Assembly (NCBI GenBank): GCA_025935615.1
Contig: JAICUY010000002.1
Coordinates: 6,605-70,604 of the forward strand
DNA length: 64,000 bases
Source: Steroidobacteraceae bacterium
GTDB lineage: Bacteria > Chloroflexota > Limnocylindria > QHBO01
Direction of reading: 5' to 3'
Position 1 is the stretch's first letter; every line of letters starts with the position of its first letter. Positions 47,271 through 54,886 of the stretch are shown here, piece after piece. A model generated the notes under the pieces. The model was given only the letters and a program-made list of their open reading frames with translations, was not told the origin of the DNA and did no database searches. Made by a program: the position numbers and the translations under genes.

Positions 47271-50042
47271 TTACTCGCCGAAGATCGTCAGCTGCTCGCC
47301 GCCGCGCTCGATGAGGGGGTCTAGGCCGAGCACCGGCTCGAGCCGATCCAGCCCGGCACCGGGCCGCGCCGCCAGGGCATCGAGGTGCTGCCACTTCAGG
47401 ACGTGCCAGTTCTGGCGATCCATTTCGGAACGGAGCCACGGCGAGCGCTCCAGCTTCAGGCGCAGCAGCTCGCCACGCTCCGCGGGCAGGACCAGGAAGC
47501 GCGCCTGTTGGTCGTCGCTCGGGATCTGTGCTCCACGTCGGAGCACAGCCTCCCCGACCATGGCGGTCCATTCCACCTCGAACAGGAAGACGAGTCTGCC
47601 GCGCACGTACCACAGCGCGTCGACCGCGCCGAGTGCGTCCGCCGGCGCGCGTAGGACGAGCGGGAGGTAGACGCGACGCTCCTCGTCGGCGAGTCGCTCA
47701 CCGAGCGGCGTCCCATCGATGAGCCGAGCCTGCTCGCGTTTGCTGATCCAGACCCGCAGGCCGAGGCGATGGCCGTAGTCGGCGAGCGCTGCCAGCACCC
47801 TGCCGTGATCCTCGATGCGGCCTGCCAGCTCGTCCTCGGTTCGCAGCTCTCCACGCTCGTTGACCGCCGCATAGGCGGCCAGGCAGGCACGCACCAGCTC
47901 CTCGTCCGGCGCCGCGAGCCCCGGGAAGATGGCGTAGATCCGCTCCAGGAAGGCGGCCGTGTCGAGGCGGCCGGCGGTGGACAGGATCGAGAAGGTGGCC
48001 CACTCGACCCGGTCGGCGAGCGGCGACTCCGCCAGCTCCGGCTGGCGCAGCCACCACAGCGGCCGCGCCTCGTCGCCGAGCCGCTCGAGCGTCGGATGGT
48101 CGTCGCGCCACAGCTCCTCGCGCAGGAGGCGCGCGAGCAATGCGGAGCCGGCGCGCTCCATGCGCTGGTCGCCGTCGTCGGGCGTGCCGTGTTCAGCGCC
48201 GCGCTGCAGCGCCAGCCGCCGCAGCAGGCCGCGCCGCTCGAGCTCGAGCACGACTGCCGCCGCGACCCGTGTCAGGCCTGCCGGCTCACCGCGGTCGCGC
48301 AACAGGCCGAGCGTGGCCGCCTCCATCGCCTCGGCCAGCTCCGGATAGGTGAGCCGCTCTCCTTCCGCCCCCAGTCGCAGCGGCCGCGGCTGGACGGCGT
48401 GACGCAGCCGGTCCTCGACGGACGGCTTGCGGAAATGGAGCCGCAATCCGTCGCCCGAGCGGCGCGACTCCCGCACGACCACGTCGGTCAGCTCGAGGCC
48501 GGCGGCGGCACCGGCCACTGCGAGCCCCAGCAGGCGATCGGGATCGTCACCCTCCAGGATGACCGCGAACCATCCGTCGGGCTTCAGGGTGCTCGCCGCG
48601 GATGCGACGGCGTGGCGCAGCGCAGTCGCCTCGGCTGCCTGGCTGCGGTCGATCCCCGATCCGAACAGTGGCTCCAGCCGCAGCGTCTCGGCTGCCTCGC
48701 GACCCATCAGCCAACCCGTGGCGAGGTACTCGAAGCTGAGCTCGTCGACGCTCGGCGGCGGCGCTGCCGAACCGAGGACGAGATCGACGCTTTCCGCAGG
48801 CAGGTACTGCCCGACCACCGCCGGCCGGCAACGGACCCACAGCAAATTTGCGGCGCTGACGCTGCCGAGGTCCGAGAAGTCGGTCGCAAAGCGCGCCGGG
48901 CGGCGGTCGTCGGCACCGATCGACAGCGCGGTGCGCACATCATCCACCGCCGCCTCGAACAGCTGCCAGACGTTCGCCTCGCGCTGGTAGCGCGATGCCG
49001 GCTGCCGGACGTGCCCGTTGCTGATGCGCAGCGAGGCGACGCGCCCCGGGTACCCGTTCAGCCGGCTGGCCGGGAGCAGGCATGCGGCCAGCGCAAGGCG
49101 CATGACCGCCGCCATCGGCTGGCTGCGGAACTCGGCGTCGATCTTGTTTGCAATCGTCTGCAGCGCGTACAGGTTGCGCGGCGTGAACAGCTCGAGCAGC
49201 TCATCGACGAGCTCGTGGCGGCCGTCGAGCACCGGAAAGCGCTCACGCAGCTGTGTGTAGTGCTGGCTGTGCTGCACGTCGGCGGTCGGCTGACTGATGC
49301 TCTCGGGCCGCACCGTCGATGCGTAGCGGGGACCGGCCGACAGGGCCGCGCCGGATGCGGAACCCCGGCGGCCAGGGGGTGGAGGCCCGCCCGGCTCTCC
49401 GAGCGGCTGCTCCGGCATGCCGGTCAGGCCCGTCGGCGCCGGCGGCAGGTCCTCATCGAGGTCGGCCGCGAGCTCGGGTGTGCTGCGTGGGGCGGCATCC
49501 TCGATGCCGAGCTTGGCCAGGTCGCCCTCGTCGACCGGGGCCACGCGTTCCTCGGGCCCACCAACCGACACGTCGCAGTTCGCGCAGTGGTACATCTTGC
49601 GGCCCGGCGCGTCGGCATCGCGTGGCCAGATGAACTGGTCGCCCACCACCGGTCGCCGGCACGTGCCACACCGCGTCGCGTACAGCTCCTCGATGTGCTG
49701 GCGGAGAGGCACGTCCACCCGGCGCGATCGAGCCAGCTGCTCGAACGCGGCCTGAATGGACCCCTCGTCCGGCGACGTCAGGAAGGCCTGCGCCACCAAC
49801 TGGGCAAACGGGCTTGGATCCGCCGCGACCGCCCGGAGGCCGTGCGCGGTTGCGCGGCGCGCGGTCCAGCCGGTCCCGGCCCACGGGTCGAGCACGGTGT
49901 CGCCCGCCGCGGCGAACGCATCGAGCTCGGCGTCGATCAGGTTGTCGGCGGGCGACGGAAAGTAGCGCTCGAGGAGCGCCAGGCCGGGGAGGCGTCGCGG
50001 AAGGACGACGTGATCGTGTCGCTTCCGATCAGCCTCGCGCAT
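47271..50042 (-). CDS. Zn-ribbon amino-methyltransferase-like protein (degenerate motif IV) fused to C-terminal PD-(D/E)xK-like domain
   Basis: VLDPWAGTG, CGTC..CANC, LFTPRNL, LPAESVDLVLGSAAPPP, TLKPDG; C-terminal VDALW...FEVE. Confidence 0.75.
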   Translation of the reverse strand: MREADRKRHDHVVLPRRLPGLALLERYFPSPADNLIDAELDAFAAAGDTVLDPWAGTGWTARRATAHGLRAVAADPSPFAQLVAQAFLTSPDEGSIQAAFEQLARSRRVDVPLRQHIEELYATRCGTCRRPVVGDQFIWPRDADAPGRKMYHCANCDVSVGGPEERVAPVDEGDLAKLGIEDAAPRSTPELAADLDEDLPPAPTGLTGMPEQPLGEPGGPPPPGRRGSASGAALSAGPRYASTVRPESISQPTADVQHSQHYTQLRERFPVLDGRHELVDELLELFTPRNLYALQTIANKIDAEFRSQPMAAVMRLALAACLLPASRLNGYPGRVASLRISNGHVRQPASRYQREANVWQLFEAAVDDVRTALSIGADDRRPARFATDFSDLGSVSAANLLWVRCRPAVVGQYLPAESVDLVLGSAAPPPSVDELSFEYLATGWLMGREAAETLRLEPLFGSGIDRSQAAEATALRHAVASAASTLKPDGWFAVILEGDDPDRLLGLAVAGAAAGLELTDVVVRESRRSGDGLRLHFRKPSVEDRLRHAVQPRPLRLGAEGERLTYPELAEAMEAATLGLLRDRGEPAGLTRVAAAVVLELERRGLLRRLALQRGAEHGTPDDGDQRMERAGSALLARLLREELWRDDHPTLERLGDEARPLWWLRQPELAESPLADRVEWATFSILSTAGRLDTAAFLERIYAIFPGLAAPDEELVRACLAAYAAVNERGELRTEDELAGRIEDHGRVLAALADYGHRLGLRVWISKREQARLIDGTPLGERLADEERRVYLPLVLRAPADALGAVDALWYVRGRLVFLFEVEWTAMVGEAVLRRGAQIPSDDQQARFLVLPAERGELLRLKLERSPWLRSEMDRQNWHVLKWQHLDALAARPGAGLDRLEPVLGLDPLIERGGEQLTIFGE

Positions 50043-50048
50043 CGGCTC

Positions 50049-50888
50049 CTACGATTCTTCGAGCAGCTCTTCCTCGAGCTCAGGCTCGGCTGAGAACTCC
50101 GGGAGCGTGGTGTCGAGCTCCTCGACTTCCTCGGACTCCTCGTCGAGCTCTTCGCTCTCCTCCTCGTCATCGTAGCGGAGCGCCGTGCCCTTCATGTACG
50201 GTCGCACGTCACCCGCGCGAGCCGCCGTGGTGCCGGGGAATGACACCTTGCCGAAGTTGGAGGGATGGCCGAAGACTTCCCGGATGATGATCCGCACGTC
50301 GTCGTTGCTGACCACGGTGATGGCGGCTTCGTAGCGATTGCCGCCCTCGACCAGCTTGACGAGGCGCGTACCGATCCGAGGCTCGACCTGTCCGATCTCG
50401 GACTGGCCGGCCATGGCGACCAGCTGCTCCCCCTCGACGCGCAACTCGACTCCGTCGCCCGGCGATAGTGGAGCCAGGACGCGAGGAGCGGCCAGGTTGA
50501 TGAGGCGGGCATGGCCCGTCTTGCCCATCTCCTCGATGAAGTGCGCCGCCGAGGCCTTCTCGGGGCGGCCGTTGGGCGCCTTGGCTCCGTGGCCGTCGGA
50601 GCGATTGGCGACGAGCACCCGCAGCCGCTCGACGTTGCGCTCGGCAATGCGGTTGGTGTTATCGCGCTCGAGCGCGTGCTCATAGGCCTCGAGCGCCTCA
50701 TCCTCGCGGCCGAGCTCGGCCAGGGCCTTACCCAGCCGGTTGTAGGTGTCGGTATCCGGTCCGAGCTCCAGCAGCTCGCGGTTGGCATCGACGGCAGCCT
50801 CCCACTCGCCGCGGGTGGCATGTCCGATCGCCGTATCGGCGAGCTGTCGGCGCTGGCGGTTGATGGTGTCGATCTCACCGAGCGTCAT
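50049..50888 (-). CDS. TPR protein with HIRAN-like C-domain and acidic tail (start ATG 50888 or GTG 50924)
   Basis: TPRs (YNRLGKALAELG); LSPGDGVEL...IGQVEP...RLVKLVEGGNRYEAAI; Glu-rich tail. Confidence 0.75.
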   Translation of the reverse strand: MTLGEIDTINRQRRQLADTAIGHATRGEWEAAVDANRELLELGPDTDTYNRLGKALAELGREDEALEAYEHALERDNTNRIAERNVERLRVLVANRSDGHGAKAPNGRPEKASAAHFIEEMGKTGHARLINLAAPRVLAPLSPGDGVELRVEGEQLVAMAGQSEIGQVEPRIGTRLVKLVEGGNRYEAAITVVSNDDVRIIIREVFGHPSNFGKVSFPGTTAARAGDVRPYMKGTALRYDDEEESEELDEESEEVEELDTTLPEFSAEPELEEELLEES

Positions 50889-50966
50889 CAGTTCTGACGT
50901 CTCCAGTTCTGGCGCAAGTAGCACGAAAGCCCCTCGACGGGTCGGTTCCCGGCGAGAGGGCGCCTT

Positions 50967-50995
50967 GTTGTAGCACCGCCCATCGGTGGTGTCAA
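50967..50995 (-). promoter_or_regulatory. sigma70-type promoter for TPR/MTase-like operon
   Basis: TTGACA (50995-50990)-N17-TACAAC (50972-50967). Confidence 0.6.
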
Positions 50996-51035
50996 CGCGA
51001 TGGAAAGCGACCGAGCGCCTGCCCGCCGGAACGCG

Positions 51036-51815
51036 TCAGCCGATCTGATGCAGGAGGAGTGCCATCAACAGGCCGAGCAGGGCCAGCGCGCCGAACTCGA
51101 GCGCGACACTGCGATTGCTGCGGCCCTCGTCGAGCGCCTCGACCGCGCCACCCCACACGTAGAAGGAGAGCGCGACGACCGCGGGTGCGGCGACCCCCGG
51201 AAGGGCCAGCAGGACCAATGCCGCGCCGGCCTGTGCGACCGCCAGGCTGTGCAGCAGCGCCAGCCCGAGCGCACGGAGACCGGTGCTGCCCCGGCCTTCC
51301 GCCGCGCGCACCGCGAGCACGAAGCTGACGAGACCGATCAGCGCCAGCGGGGGCGGCCAAGTCGACTGCCCAAAGAGCCGCCAGATGCCGGCTGCTGCCA
51401 GGAAGAGGATCCCCACCAGCGCCAGGTCGAGCGTGGTGCGCGCTCCGAGTCCCACCGCGGTGCGCATCTCCAACCACAGGACGGCCCAGATCAGCACCGC
51501 CGCCAGCGGCGTCAGCAGCACGGCCGTGCCCGGCGCGAGCAGCCGGCCCGCGAGCGTCAATGACAGTGCGGTGATGGCCGGCGTCGCGTATCGCGCCAGC
51601 CCGAGCTCGGGACGCGCCGGGCCGATGAGCCGCACCGCACCGGCCCCGCCGATCGCGAGCTGCAGGCCGACCGCGACCGCCAACCACGTCCCGCCGCTGA
51701 CCCAGCCGACGGCCGCCAGCACGGCGAGCACCAGGGACAGGCCGACCACCTCCGGCCGATCGATGCGCTGGAGCAGGCGCTGCGCCCGACTGCCGCGAAG
51801 CATGCCGTCCATCAT
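51036..51815 (-). CDS. Hypothetical polytopic membrane protein
   Basis: About 8 hydrophobic helices; ATGA overlap with polX stop. Confidence 0.7.
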   Translation of the reverse strand: MMDGMLRGSRAQRLLQRIDRPEVVGLSLVLAVLAAVGWVSGGTWLAVAVGLQLAIGGAGAVRLIGPARPELGLARYATPAITALSLTLAGRLLAPGTAVLLTPLAAVLIWAVLWLEMRTAVGLGARTTLDLALVGILFLAAAGIWRLFGQSTWPPPLALIGLVSFVLAVRAAEGRGSTGLRALGLALLHSLAVAQAGAALVLLALPGVAAPAVVALSFYVWGGAVEALDEGRSNRSVALEFGALALLGLLMALLLHQIG

Positions 51816-53566
51816 CGGACCAGCTCGAGCAGTTCGCCGACCGATCGCGTCGACAGCAGCTGGGCCGGAGTCAACCACGCGCGACGCGCCATCGAGACGG
51901 CGTAGCGCAGCTGATCGAGCTCCTCCGTCCGGTGCGCGTCGCTCGCCACGGTCAGGCGGGCGCCGGCCGCCGCCGCCGCCCGGGCCAGCGTGTCATCCAG
52001 ATCGAGGCGAGGGCTGCCGTTGATCTCGAGCGCAGTGCCGTGCTTCGCCGCCGCGTCGAAGACGCGCGGCCAGTCGAGCATCAGCGGATCGCGCCGGTTC
52101 ACGATTCGCCCGGTGGGATGCGCCAGCACGTCCACGTGCGGATTGGTGATGGCGGCCAGCGCGCGCGTGGTGAGCTGCTCGGACGGCTGTGCCCGGCCGG
52201 TATGGATGCTCGCGATGACGAGGTCGAACCGCGCCAGCAGCTCATCGGGATAGTCCAGCGTGCCGTCGGCGCGGATCTCGAGTTCGGTGCCATGGAGGAT
52301 GCGAAATGGCGCCAGCTCCGCGTTGAGCCGCGCGATCTCGGTGCGCTGCTGCTCGACGCGGTCAGGCGCCAGGCCTCGGGCTATTCCCAGCGACGGCGTG
52401 TGGTCGGTGAGAACGATCCATGCGCGTCCCACGTCTCGTGCGGCTCGGGCCATGACCTCGATGCTGTCGACGCCGTCGGTCCAATCCGAGTGGGTGTGCG
52501 TGTCGCCGCGGATGTCGTCGAGCGTGACGAGGTCGGGCAGCGTTCCCAGCGCGGCCGCCTCGATCTCGCCGGTCCCCTCGCGCAGCTCCGGTGCGATCCA
52601 CGCCAGGTCGAGGCGCTCATAGACCTCTTCCTCGGTCGCAGCCAGGAGCAACTCCCCGCTGTCGAGCACCTTGAACCCCTTCTCCGACAGCGACCAGCCG
52701 CGTGCCAGGGCACGGCCGCGGAGCGCGATGTTGTGGTCGGCGCGGCCGGTGAAATGAACGAGATGCGTGCCCCACGCCGCGGGCGGACAGAGCATGAGGT
52801 CGACCTGGGGCCCGTCACGCAGCACGATGCTCGACTTGTCCGTCCCGGCCGAAACGACATGGTCGACCTCCGCCAGGCCGTCGAGCGCTGCGATCAACGG
52901 CGCCGGATCGCTGACCGCCGCCAGCAGGTCCAGGTCGCCGATCGTAGCCCGGCGGCGGCGCAGCGAGCCTGCCGGCTCGATCGACACGACGCCGGCGGTG
53001 TTCCGCAGCCGTGCGAGCAGCGAGCCGACCAGCTCGTCCGCCTCGTGGAGCAGCAACCGCGTGCTGCGTCGCTCGATGCGGCCGATGCCGGCCAGGATGT
53101 TCTCCTCGGTGCGCGCCGAGAGGCCCTTGAGCGAACGCAGCTGGCCACCTTCCGCGGCCGCCCGAAGCGCCTCGACCGAGTCGATGCGCAGCTCGTCGTG
53201 CAGCTGCTTGACGGTGCGCGGGCCGACGCCCGGCACGCGCAGCATGTCGAGCAGCCCGACGGGCACCTGGGCACGCAAGCGGTCGTGGTACTCGAGACGG
53301 CCCGTCTCGGCGAGCTCGGCCAGCTTGGCGCCGATGGCCGCCCCCGCGCCCGGAATCTTCGGCGGCTCGCCACGGCGGTAGAGGGCCGCCACGTCATCGG
53401 GATAGCGCTCGATCGCGTCAGCCACGCGCCGGTAGGCGACCGCCTTGTACACGACCTCGCCCAGGATCTCGAGCGTGTCGCCGATCTCGTTGAAGATGCG
53501 CGCCAGCTCGGAGTTGCTGAGCACGCCGGGCTCGCCACTGCGCGGCGCGGCACGAGGTCGAGGCAT
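51812..53566 (-). CDS. polX: DNA polymerase X / PHP domain protein
   Basis: HhH GVGPRT, GSLRRR...GDLDL, HFTG, PELRE, PHP motifs HTH/TDH/HPTG/SDAH. Confidence 0.95.
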   Translation of the reverse strand: MPRPRAAPRSGEPGVLSNSELARIFNEIGDTLEILGEVVYKAVAYRRVADAIERYPDDVAALYRRGEPPKIPGAGAAIGAKLAELAETGRLEYHDRLRAQVPVGLLDMLRVPGVGPRTVKQLHDELRIDSVEALRAAAEGGQLRSLKGLSARTEENILAGIGRIERRSTRLLLHEADELVGSLLARLRNTAGVVSIEPAGSLRRRRATIGDLDLLAAVSDPAPLIAALDGLAEVDHVVSAGTDKSSIVLRDGPQVDLMLCPPAAWGTHLVHFTGRADHNIALRGRALARGWSLSEKGFKVLDSGELLLAATEEEVYERLDLAWIAPELREGTGEIEAAALGTLPDLVTLDDIRGDTHTHSDWTDGVDSIEVMARAARDVGRAWIVLTDHTPSLGIARGLAPDRVEQQRTEIARLNAELAPFRILHGTELEIRADGTLDYPDELLARFDLVIASIHTGRAQPSEQLTTRALAAITNPHVDVLAHPTGRIVNRRDPLMLDWPRVFDAAAKHGTALEINGSPRLDLDDTLARAAAAAGARLTVASDAHRTEELDQLRYAVSMARRAWLTPAQLLSTRSVGELLELVR

Positions 53567-53592
53567 CTGCGCAGATTCTAGAGACAAGCGAA

Positions 53593-53619
53593 GGGCCGCC
53601 CCCTGTGTGGGAGCGGCCC
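53593..53619 (-). terminator. Hairpin downstream of microprotein operon
   Basis: GGGCCGCTCCC...GGGGGCGGCCC on minus strand followed by TTCGCTT. Confidence 0.55.
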
Positions 53620-53626
53620 GTATCGG

Positions 53627-53797
53627 TCAGCTCTGTTCAGGCTGACGCATCCGGCTGCGTCTGGTGCGTGGCAGGGCGAGGCCGAAGATTCTGCCCTGAC
53701 GACGGCGGCGGGAGGTTGCAGCGACGCGTCGGTTACGCGCGTCGTCGAGCAGCTCCTGCTGACGCAGCTCGGCCTGCATCTCCCAGAAGCTGGTCAT
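53627..53797 (-). CDS. Small basic hypothetical protein (56 aa; alternative start 53803)
   Basis: RBS AAGGAGG; MTSFWEMQAELRQQELLDDARNRR... Confidence 0.7.
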   Translation of the reverse strand: MTSFWEMQAELRQQELLDDARNRRVAATSRRRRQGRIFGLALPRTRRSRMRQPEQS

Positions 53798-53816
53798 ATG
53801 CATGCCTCCTTGGTGT

Positions 53817-53927
53817 TCAGATGTCGAGTCGCGGTGCTCCTGTAAAACCGCGCCGGCTGTCGACACCGACCGCGGCGCCCGCCATGGCCACGGCCAGGAC
53901 GATCGCCAGGATCACGAAGGTCACCAT
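53817..53927 (-). CDS. 36-aa single-TM microprotein
   Basis: Manual translation MVTFVILAIVLAVAMAGAAVGVDSRRGFTGAPRLDI*; RBS AAGGAG; below ORF-track cutoff. Confidence 0.7.
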   Translation of the reverse strand: MVTFVILAIVLAVAMAGAAVGVDSRRGFTGAPRLDI

Positions 53928-53948
53928 CGGTTCGCTCCTTCCGCGCGT

Positions 53949-53979
53949 GTAACTCGTAGATGTGCTTTGACTGGTTACA
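53949..53979. promoter_or_regulatory. Operator copy 1 (GTAACT-N15-ACTGGTTACA)
   Basis: Inverted repeat GTAAC-N20-GTTAC, duplicated at 54002. Confidence 0.7.
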
Positions 53980-53984
53980 TGCCA

Positions 53985-54013
53985 ATCCTAGGCGGATGGC
54001 CGTAACTTGTCAA
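53985..54013 (-). promoter_or_regulatory. sigma70 promoter for microprotein operon
   Basis: TTGACA (54013-54008)-N17-TAGGAT (53990-53985). Confidence 0.75.
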
Positions 54014-54032
54014 GCGGTATATACTGGTTACA
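54002..54032. promoter_or_regulatory. Operator copy 2, overlapping -35 of microprotein promoter and TATACT -10 of regulator
   Basis: GTAACT-N15-ACTGGTTACA. Confidence 0.7.
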
Positions 54033-54035
54033 GTT

Positions 54036-54665
54036 ATGAGCCTGAACCACGAGAGCCTTCCCGAGCCGAACGCGGCCGGCGAGCTCTTCGTCGATTTCGC
54101 CAACACGCTGGAGTACGACCGCGGAGAGGCAATCGACTCGGTGCCTGAGCCGGATGCGCTCCTCACCTGGCTGCGCGAACGCGACCTGATCAGTGACCGC
54201 GGACGTGCGACCGAGAGCGCTCGTCTGCGCCGCGACCCGCAGGAGGCGGCTCGGCGGCTCGAGCGCTTCGGCCACCTGCGGCAGCTCCTGCACGATGTCG
54301 CCGAGTCGGTCGGGCGCTCCGGCCATCCGTCGAAGCGCCAGGTGCGCGAGCTGAACCACATCCTGCGGCACGGGCTCCACTACCACGAGCTTCGGCTCGA
54401 CAGCGACGGGACGCGCTACGCGTTCGCCCAGGTCGGCGACCGCCTGGATCAGGCGCGAGCCACCATCGCCAGCTCGCTCGCCCATTTCCTGGCCGACGAC
54501 GACGCCTCTCGACTGCGCGCCTGCGCCAATCCGGCCTGCCGGCTCGTCTTCGTCGATCATTCGCCCACCGGCCGGCGGCGCTGGTGCGACATGCGCACCT
54601 GCGGCAACCAGGCAAAGGTCGCGCGTCACCGTGCTCGGGCGCGGGAGAGCGCGGAGCACGGGTAG
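54036..54665 (+). CDS. CGNR zinc-finger / ABATE domain protein
   Basis: VDFANT; RLRACANPACRLVFVDHS...RRWCDMRTCGNQAKVARHR. Confidence 0.92.
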   Translation: MSLNHESLPEPNAAGELFVDFANTLEYDRGEAIDSVPEPDALLTWLRERDLISDRGRATESARLRRDPQEAARRLERFGHLRQLLHDVAESVGRSGHPSKRQVRELNHILRHGLHYHELRLDSDGTRYAFAQVGDRLDQARATIASSLAHFLADDDASRLRACANPACRLVFVDHSPTGRRRWCDMRTCGNQAKVARHRARARESAEHG

Positions 54666-54669
54666 AATG

Positions 54670-54886
54670 CGCGGTGCGCCGGCCCAGCCGGCGACCGCGA
54701 TCGAATCCGTAGCGAGGCAACGCGCGACCAACGTGGACGCCGGACCCAGTAGACGCAATCAGCGCGCCCTCGGCGGACGACCGGAGCGCGAGGTGATCAT
54801 CTAGCGTCGCAGTCGACGCAGCCACTTCGCGACCGCCGACCACCCGCTCACGGCGCAGGAGCCCGATCGAGCGAGGTGGTCGTTCC
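54670..54886 (+). promoter_or_regulatory. Structured 5' leader (candidate metal riboswitch) of MgtE-N/NRAMP operon
   Basis: TAGAAT at 54663; hairpin 54837-54882 sequesters RBS GAGGTGG; competing strand at 54784-54798. Confidence 0.5.

Noticed and set aside
47271..50042. Conventional active restriction-modification system or defence island
   Set aside because: No DPPY/NPPY motif, no partner MTase or specificity gene, and housekeeping neighbours; kept as a degenerate fusion instead.
54667..54804. 45-codon uORF in the Mg-transporter leader (possible MgtL-like leader peptide)
   Set aside because: Its ATG overlaps the putative -10 box, it has no SD, and it has no Pro-rich or other regulatory codon run.
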